This document shows, piece by piece, positions 42,001 through 54,998 of a stretch of 64,000 nucleotides of DNA. Source of the DNA: Antedon mediterranea. Its lineage: Eukaryota; Animalia; Echinodermata. Every line of letters begins with the position of its first letter. The stretch's first letter is position 1. The notes under the pieces were generated by a model. The model made no database searches, had not been told where the DNA came from, and worked only from the letters and a program-made list of their open reading frames with translations. The DNA is taken from contig NC_092670.1 of NCBI RefSeq assembly GCF_964355755.1, positions 27,764,388-27,828,387 of the forward strand, in the 5' to 3' direction. Both the position numbers and the translations under genes were made by a program.

Positions 42001-45000
42001 CTAAAACGTCTCCAAATGCGATTTGAAGCTTTTCTAAGCACTTTGGTGTTTTTATGTTTACAAGTTTTTTCGAAAATCACAAAATGGTCTAAAACGGCTC
42101 CAAATACGATTTGAAGCTATTCTAAGCACTTTGGTGTTTTTATGTTAACAAGTTTTTTCGAAAATCACAAAATGGTCTAAAACGTCTCCAAATGCGATTT
42201 GAAGCTATTCTAAGCACTTTGGTGTTTTTATGTTAACAAGTTTTTTCGAAAATCACAAAATGGTGTAAAACGTCTCCAAATGCGATTTGAAGCTATTCTA
42301 AGCAATTTTGTGTTTTTATGTTAACAAGTTTTTTCGAAAATCACAAAATGGTCTAAAACGTCTCCAAATGCGATTTGAAGCTATTCTAAGCACTTTTGTG
42401 TTTTTATGTTAACAAGTTTTTTCGAAAATCACAAAATGGTCTAAAATGTCTCAAAATGCGATTTGAAGCTATTCTGTACACTTTGCTGTTTTGTGTGAAT
42501 AATTTTTGTCAAAATGCTCAAAATGGTCAAAAACGTTTTTAAATACTATATTAAGCTATTTTGTGTTCTTTGATGTTTTTGTGTGAAAAGTTTTTTCGAA
42601 ATGCTCAAAATGGTCTAAAACGGTTTCTAATGTGATTTTAAGCACTTTGATGTTTTTATGTTAACAACTTTTTTAGAAAATTACAAAATGGTCTAAAACG
42701 TCTCCAAATGCGATTTGAAGCAATTCTAAGCACTTTGGTGTTTTTATGTTAACAAGTTTTTTCGAAAATCACAAAATGGTCTAAAACGTCTCCAAATGCG
42801 ATTTGAAGCTATTCTGTACACTTTGCTGTTTTGTGTGAATAATTTTTGTTGAAATGCTCAAAATGGTCAAAAACGTTTTTAAATACGATATTAAGCTATT
42901 TTGTGCTCTTTGATGTTTTTGTGTGAAAAGTTTTATCGAAATGCTCAAAATGGTCTAAAACGGTTTCTAATGTGATTTTAAGCACTTTGGTGTTTTTATG
43001 TTAACAAGTTTTTTCGAAAATCACAAAATGGTCTAAAACGTCTCCAAATGTGATTTGAAGCTATTCTAAACACTTTGGTGTTTTTATGTTAACATGTTTT
43101 TTCGAAAATCACAAATTGGTCTAAAACGTCTCCAAATGCGATTTGAAGCTATTTTAAGCACTTTGGTGTTTTTGTGTAACCAAGTTTTTTCGAAAATCAC
43201 AAAAGGGTCTAAAATGTCTCAAAATGCGATTTGAAGCTATTCTGTACACTTTGATGTTTTTTTGTTAACAAGTTTTTTCGAAAGTCACAAAATGGTCTAA
43301 AAAGTCTCCAAATGCGATTTGAAGCTATTCTAAGCACTTTGGTGTTTTTATGTTAACAAGTTTTATCGAAAATCACAAAATGGTGTAAAACGTCTCCAAA
43401 TGCGATTTGAAGCTATTCTAAGCACTTTGGTGTTTTTATGTTAACAAGTTTTTTCGAAAATCACAAAATGGTGTAAAACGTCTCCAAATGCGATTTTAAG
43501 CTATTCTAAGCAATTTGGTGTTTTTATGTTAACAAGTTTTTTCGAAAATCACAAAATGGTCTAAAACGTCTCCAAATGCGATTTGAAGCTATTCTGTACA
43601 CTTTGCTGTTTTGTGAGAATAATTTTTGTCGAAATGCTCAAAATGGTCAAAAACGTTTTTAAATACGATATTAAGCTATTTTGTGCTCTTTGATGTTTTT
43701 GTGTGAAAAGTTTTATCGAAATGCTCAAAATGGTCTAAAACGGTTTCTAATGTGATTTTAAGCACTTTGATGTTTTTATGTTAACAACTTTTTTAGAAAA
43801 TTACAAAATGGTGTAAAACGTCTCCAAATGCGATTTGAAGCTATTCTAAGCAATTTCGTGTTTTTATGTTAACAAGTTTTTTCGAAAATCACAAAATGGT
43901 CTAAAACGTCTCCAAATGCGATTTGAAGCTATTCTAAGCACTTTTGTGTTTTTATGTTAACAAGTTTTTTCGAAAATCACAAAATGGTCTAAAATGTCTC
44001 CAAATGCGATTTTAAGGTATTCTAAGCACTTTGGTGTTTTTATGTTAACAAGTTTTTTCGAAAATCACAAAATGGTCTAAAACGTCTCCAAATGCGATTT
44101 GAAGCTATTCTAAGCACTTTGGTGTTTTTATGTTAACAAGTTTTTTCGAAAATCACAAAATGGTGTAAAACTTCTCCAAATACGATTTTAAGCCATTCTA
44201 AGCACTTTGGTGTTTTTATGTTAACAAGTTTTTTCGAAAATTACAAAATGGTATAAAACGTCTCCAAATGCGATTTGAAGATTTTCTAAGCACTTTGGTG
44301 TTTTTATGTTAACAAGTTTTTTCGAAAATCACAAAATGGTCTAAAACGTCTCCAAATGCGATTTGAAGCTATTCTGTACACTTTGCTGTTTTGTGTGAAT
44401 AATTTTTGTCGAAATGCTCAAAATGGTCAAAAACGTTTTTAAATACGATATTAAGCTATTTTGTGCTCTTTGATGTTTTTGTGTGAAAAGTTTTATCGAA
44501 ATGCTCAAAATGGTCTAAAACGGTTTCTAATGTGATTTTAAGCACTTTGATGTTTTTATGTTAACAAGTTTTTTCGAAAATTACAAAATGGTATAAAACG
44601 TCTCCAAATGCGATTTGAAGATTTTCTAAGCACTTTGGTGTTTTTATGTTTACAAGTTTTTTCGAAAATCACAAAATGGTCTAAAACGTCTCCAAATGCG
44701 ATTTGAAGCTATTCTGTACACTTTGCTGTTTTGTGTGAATAATTTTGTCAAAATGCTCAAAATGGTCAAAAACGTTTTTAAATACTATATTAAGCTATTT
44801 TGTGTTCTTTGATGTTTTTGTGTGAAAAGTTTTATCGAAATGCTCAAAATGGTCTAAAACGGTTTCTAATGAAATGATTTTAAGAACTTTGATGTTTTTA
44901 TGTTAACAACTTTTTTAGAAAATCACAAAATGGTCTAAAACGTCTACAAATGCGATTTGAAGCTATTCTAAGCACTTTGGTGTTTTTATGTTAACAAGTT

Positions 45001-48000
45001 TTTTCGAAAATCACAAAATGGTATAAAACGTCTCCAAATGAGATTTTAAGGTATTCTAAGCACTTTGGTGTTTTTATGTTAACAAGTTTTTTCGAAAATC
45101 ACAAAATGGTCTAAAACGTCTACAAATGCGATTTGAAGCTATTCTAAGCACTTTGGTGTTTTTATGTTAACAAGTTTTTTCGAAAATCACAAAATGGTCT
45201 AAAACGTCTCCAAATGCGATTTGAAGCTATTCTGTACACTTTGCTGTTTTGTGTGAATAATTTTTGTCGAAATGCTCAAAATGGTCAAAAACGTTTTTAA
45301 ATACGATATTAAGCTATTTTGTGCTCTTTGATGTTTTTGTGTGAAAAGTTTTATCGAAATGCTCAAAATGGTCTAAAACGGTTTCTAATGTGATTTTAAG
45401 CACTTTGATGTTTTTATGTTAACAACTTTTTTAGAAAATCACAAAATGGTCTAAAACGTCTCCAAATGCGATTTGAAGCAATTCTAAGCACTTTGGTGTT
45501 TTTATGGTAACGAGTTTTTTTGAATATCACAAAATGGTCTAAAATGTCTCCAAATGCGATTTGAAGCTATTCTGTACACTTTGATGTTTTTTTGTTAACA
45601 AGTTTTTTCGAAAGTCACAAAATGGTGTAAAACGTCTCCAAATGCGATTTGAAGCTATTCTAAGCACTTTGGTGTTTTTATGGTAACGAGTTTTTTTGAA
45701 TATCACAAAATGGTCTAAAATGTCTCCAAATGCGATTTGAAGCTTTTCTAAGCACTTTGGTGTTTTTATGTTAACAAGTTTTTTCGAAAATCACAAAATG
45801 GTCTAAAACGTCTCCAAATGTGATTTGAAGCTATTCTAAACACTTTGGTGTTTTTATGTTAACAAGTTTTTTCGAAAATCACAAATTGGTCTAAAACGTC
45901 TCTAAATGCGATTTGAAGCTAGTTTAAGCACTTTGGTGTTTTTGTGTAACCAAGTTTTTTCGAAAATCACAAAAGGGTCTAAAATGTCTCAAAATGCGAT
46001 TTGAAGCTATTCTGTACACTTTGATGTTTTTTTTGTTAACAAGTTTTTTCGAAAGTCACAAAATGGTCTAAAACGTCTCCAAATGCGATTTGAAGCTATT
46101 CTAAGCACTTTGGTGTTTTTATGTTAACAAGTTTTTTCGAAAATCACAAAATGGTGTAAAACGTCTCTAAATGCGATTTGAAGCTATTCTAAGCAATTTG
46201 GTGTTTTTATGTTAACAAGTTTTTTCGAAAATCACAAAATGGTGTAAAACGTCTCCAAATGCGATTTTAAGCTATTCTAAGCAATTTGGTGTTTTTTTAT
46301 GTTAACAAGTTTTTTCGAAAATCACAAAATGGTCTAAAACGTCTCCAAATACGATTTGAAGCTATTCTGTACACTTTGCTGTTTTGTGAGAATAATTTTT
46401 GTCGAAATGCTCAAAATGGTCAAAAACGTTTTTAAATACGATATTAAGCTATTTTGTGCTCTTTGATGTTTTTGTGTGAAAAGTTTTATCGAAATGCTCA
46501 AAATGGTCTAAAACGGTTTCTAATGTGATTTTAAGCACTTTGGTGTTTTTATGTTAACAAGTTTTTTCGAAAATTACAAAATGGTCTAAAACGTCTCCAA
46601 ATGTGATTTGAAGCTATTCAAAACACTTTGGTGTTTTTATGTTAACAGGTTTTTTCGAAAATCACAAATTGGTCTAAAACGTCTCCAAATGCGATTTGAA
46701 GTTATTTTAAGCACTTTGGTGTTTTTGTGTAACCAAGTTTTTTCGAAAATCACAAAAGGGTCTAAAATGTCTCAAAATGCGATTTGAAGCTATTCTGTAC
46801 ACTTTGATGTTTTTTTGTTAACAAGTTTTTTCGAAAGTCACAAAATGGTCTAAAACGTCTCCAAATGCGATTTGAAGCTATTCTAAGCACTTTGCTGTAT
46901 TGTGTGAATAATTTTTGTCGAAATGCTCAAAATGGTCAAAAACGTTTTTAAATACGATATTAAGCTATTTTGTGCTCTTTGATGTTTTTGTGTGAAAAGT
47001 TTTATCGAAATGCTCAAAATGGTCTAAAACGGTTTCTAATGTGATTTTAAGCACTTTGATGTTTTTATGTTAACAACTTTTTTAGAAAATCACAAAATGG
47101 TCTAAAACGTCTCCAAATGCGATTTGAAGCAATTCTAAGCACTTTGGTGTTTTTATGGTAACGAGTTTTTTTGAATATCACAAAATGGTCTAAAATGTCT
47201 CCAAATGCGATTTGAAGCTTTTCTAAGCACTTTGGTGTTTTTATGTTAACAAGTTTTTTCGAAAATCACAAAATGGTCTAAAACGTCTCCAAATGCGATT
47301 TGAAGCTATTCTGTACACTTTGCTGTTTTGTGTGAATAATTTTTGTCGAAATGCTCAAAATGGTCAAAAACGTTTTTAAATACGATATTAAGCTATTTTG
47401 TGCTCTTTTATGTTTTTGTGTGAAAAGTTTTATCGAAATGCTCAAAATGGTCTAAAACGGTTTCTAATGTGATTTTAAGCCCTTTGATGTTTTTATGTTA
47501 ACAACTTTTTTAGAAAATCACAAAATGGTCTAAAACGTCTCCAAATGCGATTTGAAGCAATTCTAAGCACTTTGGTGTTTTTATGGTAACGAGTTTTTTT
47601 GAATATCACAAAATGGTCTAAAATGTCTCCAAATGCGATTTTAAGCTTTTCTAAGCACTTTGGTGTTTTTATGGTAACGAGTTATTTCGAAAATCACAAA
47701 ATGGTCTAAAACGTCTCCAAATGCGATTTGAAGCTATTCTGTACACTTTGCTGTTTTGTGTGAATAATTTTTGTCAAAATGCTCAAAATGGTCAAAAACG
47801 TTTTTAAATACTATATTAAGCTATTTTGTGCTCTTTGATGTTTTTGTGTGAAAAGTTTTATCGAAATGCTCAAAATGGTCTAAAACGGTTTCTAATGTGA
47901 TTTTAAGCACTTTGATGTTTTTATGTTAACAACTTTTTTAGAAAATTACAAAATGGTGTAAAACGTCTCCAAATGCGATTTGAAGCTATTCTAAGCAATT

Positions 48001-50607
48001 TGGTGTTTTTATGTTAACAAGTTTTTTCGAAAATCACAAAATGGTCTAAAACGTCTCCAAATGCGATTTGAAGCTATTCTAAGCACTTTTGTGTTTTTAT
48101 GTTAACAAGTTTTTTCGAAAATCACAAAATGGTCTAAAATGTCTCCAAATGCGATTTGAAGCTTTTCTAAGCACTTTTGTGTTTTTATGTTTACAAGTTT
48201 TTTCGAAAATCACAAAATGGTCTAAAACGTCTCCAAATGCGATTTGAAGCTATTCTGTACACTTTGCTGTTTTGTGTGAATAATTTTTGTCAAAATGCTC
48301 AAAATGGTCAAAAACGTTTTTAAATACTATATTAAGCTATTTTGTGTTCTTTGATGTTTTTATGTGAAAAGTTTTATCGAAATGCTCAAAATGGTCTAAA
48401 ACGGTTTCTAATGTGATTTTAAGAACTTTGATGTTTTTATGTTAAAAACTTTTTTAGAAAATCACAAAATGGTCTAAAACGTCTCCAAATGCGATTTGAA
48501 GCAATTCTAAGCACTTTGGTGTTTTTATGTTAACACGTTTTTTCGAAAATCACAAAATGGTCTAAAACGTCTCCAAATGCGATTTGAAGCTATTCTAAGC
48601 ACTTTTGTGTTTTTATGTTAACAAGTTTTTTCGAAAATCACAAAATGGTCTAAAATGTCTCCAAATGCGATTTTAAGGTATTCTAAGCACTTTGGTGTTG
48701 TTATGTTAACAAGTTTTTTTGAAAATCACAAAATGGTCTAAAATGTCTACAAATGCGATTTGAAGCTATTCTAAGCACTTTGGTGTTTTTATGTTAACAA
48801 GTTTTTTTCGAAAATCACAAAATGGTGTAAAACGTCTCCAAATGCGATTTTAAGCTATTCTAAGCAATTTGGTGTTTTTATGTTAACAAGTTTTTTCGAA
48901 AATCACAAAATGGTCTAAAACGTCTCCAAATGCGATTTGAAGCTATTCTGTACACTTTGCTGTTTTGTGAGAATAATTTTTGTCGAAATGCTCAAAATGG
49001 TCAAAAACGTTTTTAAATACGATATTAAGCTATTTTGTGCTCTTTGATGTTTTTGTGTAAAAAGTTTTATCGAAATGCTCAAAATGGTCTAAAACGGTTT
49101 CTAATGTGATTTTAAGCACTTTGATGTTTTTATGTTAACAACTTTTTTAGAAAATTACAAAATGGTGTAAAACGTCTCCAAATGCGATTTGAAGCTATTC
49201 TAAGCAATTTCGTGTTTTTATGTTAACAAGTTTTTTCGAAAATCACAAAATGGTCTAAAACGTCTCCAAATGCGATTTGAAGCTATTCTAAGCACTTTTG
49301 TGTTTTTATGTTAACAAGTTTTTTCGAAAATCACAAAATGGTCTAAAATGTCTCCAAATGCGATTTTAAGGTATTCTAAGCACTTTGGTGTTTTTATGTT
49401 AACAAGTTTTTTCGAAAATCACAAAATGGTCTAAAACGTCTACAAATGCGATTTGAAGCTATTCTAAGCACTTTGGTGTTTTTATGTTAACAAGTTTTTT
49501 CGAAAATTACAAAATGGTATAAAACGTCTCCAAATGCGATTTGAAGATTTTCTAAGCACTTTGGTGTTTTTATGTTTACAAGTTTTTTCGAAAATCACAA
49601 AATGGTCTAAAACGTCTCCAAATGCGATTTGAAGCTATTCTGTACACTTTGCTGTTTTGTGTGAATAATTTTGTCAAAATGCTCAAAATGGTCAAAAACG
49701 TTTTTAAATACTATATTAAGCTATTTTGTGTTCTTTGATGTTTTTGTGTGAAAAGTTTTATCGAAATGCTCAAAATGGTCTAAAACGGTTTCTAATGAAA
49801 TGATTTTAAGAACTTTGATGTTTTTATGTTAACAACTTTTTTAGAAAATCACAAAATGGTCTAAAACGTCTCCAAATGCGATTTGAAGCAATTCTAAGCA
49901 CTTTGGTGTTTTTATGTTAACAAGTTTTTTCGAAAATCACAAAATGGTATAAAACCTCTCCAAATGCGATTTTAAGGTATTCTAAGCACTTTGGTGTTTT
50001 TATGTTAACAAGTTTTTTCGAAAATCACAAAATGGTCTAAAACGTCTACAAATGCGATTTGAAGCTATTCTAAGCACTTTGGTGTTTTTATGTTAACAAG
50101 TTTTTTCGAAAATCACAAAATGGTATAAAACGTCTCCAAATGAGATTTTAAGGTATTCTAAGCACTTTGGTGTTTTTATGTTAACAAGTTATTTCGAAAA
50201 TCACAAAATGGTCTAAAACGTCTACAAATGCGATTTGAAGCTATTCTAAGCACTTTGGTGTTTTTATGTTAACAAGTTTTTTCGAAAATCACAAAATGGT
50301 ATAAAACGTCTCCAAATGCGATTTTAAGCTATTCTAAGCAATTTGGTGTTTTTATGTTAACAAGTTTTTTCGAAAATCACAAAATGGTCGAAAATGTCAC
50401 AAAATGCGATTTGAAGCTATTCTAAGCACTTTGGTGTTATTATGTTAACAAGTTTTTTCGAAAATCACAAATTGGTCTAAAACGTCTCCAAATGCGATTT
50501 GAAGCTATTTTAAGCACTTTGGTGTTTTTGTGTAACCAAGTTTTTTCGAAAATCACAAAATGGTGTAAAACGTCTCCAAATGCGATTTGAAGCTATTCTA
50601 AGCACTT
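1..50607 (+). repeat. 88-bp AT-rich tandem satellite array (left arm; runs off the window start)
   Basis: Consensus AAAATCACAAAATGGTCTAAAACGTCTCCAAATGCGATTTGAAGCTATTCTAAGCACTTTGGTGTTTTTATGTTAACAAGTTTTTTCG restarts at 1, 89, 177 ... 529 (period 88). Head-to-tail, one orientation, typically a few substitutions per monomer. Confidence 0.98.
529..780 (+). repeat. Example of the recurrent divergent three-monomer cassette (87+87+78 bp = 252 bp) within the satellite
   Basis: Monomer 529-615 ends ...TACACTTTGCTGTTTTGTGAGAATAATTTTTGTCG. Monomer 616-702 begins AAATGCTCAAAATGGTCAAAAACGTTTTTAAATAC. Monomer 703-780 (AAATGCTC...CGGTTTCTAATGTGATTTTAAGCAC) is 10 bp short. The same ordered trio recurs dozens of times, separated by variable numbers of canonical monomers. 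Confidence 0.93.
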
Positions 50608-50694
50608 CCCAGTGGGCACAGAACATAATTTCAACGTTGAATCAACGTTGAAATATAGTTGATTTGTTGAAATCATGTTGTCAGCGTATTTCAA

Positions 50695-52935
50695 ACGTTG
50701 AATCAACGTTGAAATAACATTTTTTCCCTAACTATTTTTTTTACGTTTAGTACTAAACATTGAATCAACGTTGAAATAACATTTTCTTTTTAACTAGTAA
50801 TTTATGTTAATTAATAAAGGTTGATTTAACGTTGAAAAAACATTGTTTTTCAAACAAATGTTTTACGTTAATTTATAAATGTTGATTCAACGTTGAAATA
50901 ACATTGTATTTTTAACTAGAAATTTACGTTAATTTATCAATGTTGATCCAACGTTAAAATAACATTGTCCTTCTAACTAGTAATTTACGTTAATTTATCA
51001 ATGTTGATTTAACGTTGAAATAACATTGTCTTTCTAACTAGTAATTTACGTTAATTTGTGAATGTTGATCCAACGTTGAAATAACATTGTATTTTTAACT
51101 AGAAATTTACGTTAATTTATCAATGTTGATCCAACGTTGAAATAACATTGTATTTCTAACTAGAAATTTTCGTTTTATTATCAATGTTGATCCAACGTTG
51201 AAATAACATTGTATTTTTAACTAGAAATTTACGTTAATTTATCAATGTTGATCCAACGTTAAAATAACATTGTCCTTCTAACTAGTAATTTACGTTAATT
51301 TATCAATGTTGATTTAACTTTGAAATAACATTGTTTTTCTAACTAGTAATTTACGTTAATTTGTCAATGTTGATCCAACGTTGAAATAACATTGTATTTT
51401 TAACTAGAAATTTACGTTAATTTATCAATGTTGATCCAACGTTGAAATAACATTGTATTTCTAACTAGAAATTTACGTTTTATTATCAATGTTGATCCAA
51501 CGTTGAAATAACATTGTCTTTCTAACTAGTAATTTACGTTAATTTATCAATGTTGATTTAACGTTGAAATAACATTGTCTTTCTAACTAGAAATTTACGT
51601 TAATTTATCAATGTTGATCCAACGTTGAAATAACATTGTATTTCTAACTAGAAATTTTCGTTTTATTATCAATGTTGATCCAACGTTGAAATAACATTGT
51701 ATTTTTAACTAGTAATTTACGTTAATTTATCAATGTTGATCCAACGTTGAAATAACAATGTATTTTTAACTAGAAATTTACGTTAATTTATTAATGTTGA
51801 TCCAACGTTGAAATAACATTGTATTTTTAACTAGAAATTTACGTTAATTTATTAATGTTAATCCAACGTTGAAATAACATTGTCTTTTTAACTAGTAATT
51901 TAAGTTAATTTATCATTGTTGATCCAACGTTGAAATAACATTGTCTTTCTAACTAGTAATTTACGTTAATTTATCAATGTTGATCCAACGTTAAAATCAC
52001 ATAGTATTTTTAACTAGAAATTTACGTTAATTTATCAATGTTGATCCAACGTTGAAATAACATTGTATTTTTAACTAGTAATTTACGTTAATTTATCAAT
52101 GTTGATCCAACGTTAAAATCACATAGTATTTTTAACTAGAAATTTACGTTAATTTATCAATGTTGATCCAACGTTGAAATAACATTGTATTTTTAACTAG
52201 TAATTTACGTTAATTTATCAATGTTGATCCAACGTTGAAATAACATTGTATTTCTAACTAGTAATTTACGTTAATTTATCAATGTTGATCCAACGTTGAA
52301 ATAACATTGTATTTTTAACTAGAAATTTACGTTAATTTATTAATGTTGATCCAACGTTGAAATAACATTGTCTTTCTAACTAGTAATTTACGTTAATTTA
52401 TCAATGTTGATACAACGTTGAAATAACATTGTCTTTATATCTAGAAATTTACGTTAATTTATCAATGTTGATCCAACGTTGAAATAACATTGTATTTTTA
52501 ACAAGAAATTTACATTAATTTATCAATGTTGATCCAACGTTGCAATAACATTGTATTTTTAACTAGAAATTTACGTTAATTTATCAATGTTGATCCAACG
52601 TTGAAATAACATTGTATTTCTAACTAGAAATTTACGTTAATTTATCAATGTTGATCCAACGTTGAAATAACATTGTATTTCTAACTAGAAATTTACGTTA
52701 ATTTATCAATGTTGATCCAACGTTGAAATAACATTGTATTTTTAACTAGTAATTTACGTTAATTTATCAATGTTGATCCAACGTTGAAATAACATTGTAT
52801 TTTTAACAAGAAATTTACGTTAATTTATCAATGTTGCTCCAACGTTGAAATAACATTGTCTTTCTAACTAGTAATTGACGTTAATTTATCAATGTTGATC
52901 CAACGTTGAAATAACATTGTATTTCTAACTAATAA
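50695..52935 (+). repeat. Left subterminal 61-bp tandem array (~36 copies) of the transposon
   Basis: Unit AATGTTGATCCAACGTTGAAATAACATTGTATTTTTAACTAGAAATTTACGTTAATTTATC (e.g. 51061-51121). The outermost copies are more diverged, and degenerate AACGTT motifs continue to ~53180. Confidence 0.96.
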
Positions 52936-53944
52936 TTTTTTTCAAACAATTATTATTTTTGTTTTTCAATGTTATTCCAACGTTATTTTAACGTTGAAAT
53001 CCAGTTGCCATTTTCAAATGACATGTTTTCAACGTTGAAAAACTCTTGAAATTATGTTGTTTTTTCAAACAATTATTATTTTTGTTTTTCAATGTTAATT
53101 AAACGTTAAATTAAAGATAAATTCTCTTACATTTTTTAATACTAAGTGCGTTGCCATTGATGTTTCAACGTTAAATTAACATTAGATTTCAGTTGGCGGT
53201 TTATGTTATCATCCTTTATTGTAAAACAAATGATTATTGGTTATTTAGGAATTTTAGATTGGCAAATATTATTGTCTCTGTATAATACAAAAATGTTCTA
53301 GAAGTTGTGTTGAAAATTGAATGATCCTTTCATGCAAGATCAAATTTCATAAGATACGAGCTTGTCATTGGTTTAGTTTCGTTTTGATACAATTTTGAAA
53401 CTGGTGTCAGTAATTTCAGTTACTTCGACGTAGGCTAGGCCTACAGCAGTAGTGGTGTGTGTGTAGAAAAAAAAGGCTCATCATTGAAATTGTCAAATAA
53501 GTATGTTTTGAGGTAGGAAAACAATCCTTTTTATTTGTAATCTACTAATTTATAAGCTTTGAGCTTGACTATTTTACCCTTATCAATAGCTAGCCTCTAG
53601 TCTAGTAGGCCACACATGCATAGCTAGGCTATAGCCTGGTAGGCTAGGCCTAGAGGCTAGGCAGGCTGCCAAACTGATGAACTGAATTCACTCACTAGGC
53701 CTAGTGGAAGCATTTAGTATTATGCATGTCAAGGGCAAACATTTGCCTGGCCAAGGATAACTACAGTACTGTACTTATATGGTTATAAAATGGTATGTAT
53801 TAGGCCTTTTATTTAGTTCAATACTTTCTTTATTTATCCAAAAGTATACATAAATATAACATTATAATATATAATTAGTTGGCCTAGCTAGCTTTCTGCT
53901 AGGCTGTCTACAGTAGCTGCTAATGCTATTAATATTAGTGTTAA

Positions 53945-54743
53945 TGTTATGCGCGATTTGAACGATTTGCGCAATTTGAAATTGCGCAAAAAAAATCCTT
54001 GCGCAATTTGAATTGAAACATGTGTTTCAAATTGCGCAAGCAACGTATTAAATTGCGCAAGTAATCTGCAAATTGCGCAAGGTTTTTCGACAGATTGTGA
54101 AATCATGCACACCCATATTTTTATAGTAATTTCTAAGAATGATTCAAAATTAAAGATAAATATCGCATTTCATTATTTTAGTAGTGCAAATATTGTTATA
54201 AGTTAGCATACCGTCGAAGAACCGACGAAGGAAAACGAAGCGGTGGTGTTCCACCAGGCGGGCGCGGCGCGGGCGGCCGGCTATACTACTCTAGCCTAGC
54301 TAGGGTCTGGACTACTGATACTGACTAGGTTACATGGCCTAGCTTAAACTAACATTAAAAACTTAAAAAGTGAGTATTAAACATTATCTTCATTGAAATG
54401 GTCTTATTTATATAATAAAATACTAAATTTTAAACTCCTCTGCCTAGGCCTAGCCTAGCCATGTATTGGAAAATTTACAGTTCGTTTTCAAATTGCGCAA
54501 AGGTGTCATATTGCGCAAGAACTATCTTGCGCAATTTACAAATTGTGCAGCGCAATTTAAAATTGCGCAAAGATTTTCTTGCGCAATTTGAAATTGCGCA
54601 AGTTGATTGCGCAATTTGAAATTGCGCAAAAAAATCCTTGCGCAATTTAAAATTGCGCAAGAATTCTTTGCGCAATTTCAAATTGCGCAAGGATTTTTTT
54701 GCGCAATTTCAAATTGCGCAAATCGTTCAAATCGCGCATAACA
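53945..54743. mobile_element. 799-bp nested non-autonomous TIR element (MITE) with TGTTA...TAACA termini, TTAA flanks and TTGCGCAA subterminal repeats; possibly Ginger-like
   Basis: Left TGTTATGCGCGATTTGAACGATTTGCGCAATTTGAAATTGCGCAAAAAAAATCCTTGCGCAATTTGAA matches the reverse complement of the right end over ~68 bp with one A-run indel. TTAA lies at 53941-53944 and 54744-54747, and the symmetry stops beyond it. Confidence 0.85.
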
Positions 54744-54998
54744 TTAATATACAAACACATGCTGCTAGCCTAGGACGGCTATTTGTTAAACTTACTCGCT
54801 TTCTTTATTTCAGATTGTAGGCCTAGCTAAGGCCCTGGCCTATGCCTAGCTAGAGTACAAAATAATGAAGTACATGTAGGCCTATAATCTTTTCTATGTG
54901 AATCAAACGAGAACAATCTAATGGATGATCAATATTTTTATATACAAAAGGTTGGTATTTATAGTTCTTAACTTTAATATTGAATTGAATAAATATTA

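Noticed and set aside
50695-52935. 61-bp periodic array with palindromic core resembling a CRISPR array
   Set aside because: The whole unit is repeated with no unique spacers, there are no cas genes, and the context is eukaryotic satellite.
52936-53098. ~38-bp direct repeat (TTTTTTCAAACAATTATTATTTTTGTTTTTCAATGTTA), 123 bp apart
   Set aside because: It is best explained as the decayed inner edge of the subterminal array, and is too long for a TSD and too short for LTRs.
53888-54820. Three short ORFs with LRNFKLRK / FAQFQIAQ repeats
   Set aside because: They are by-products of the TTGCGCAA inverted repeats.
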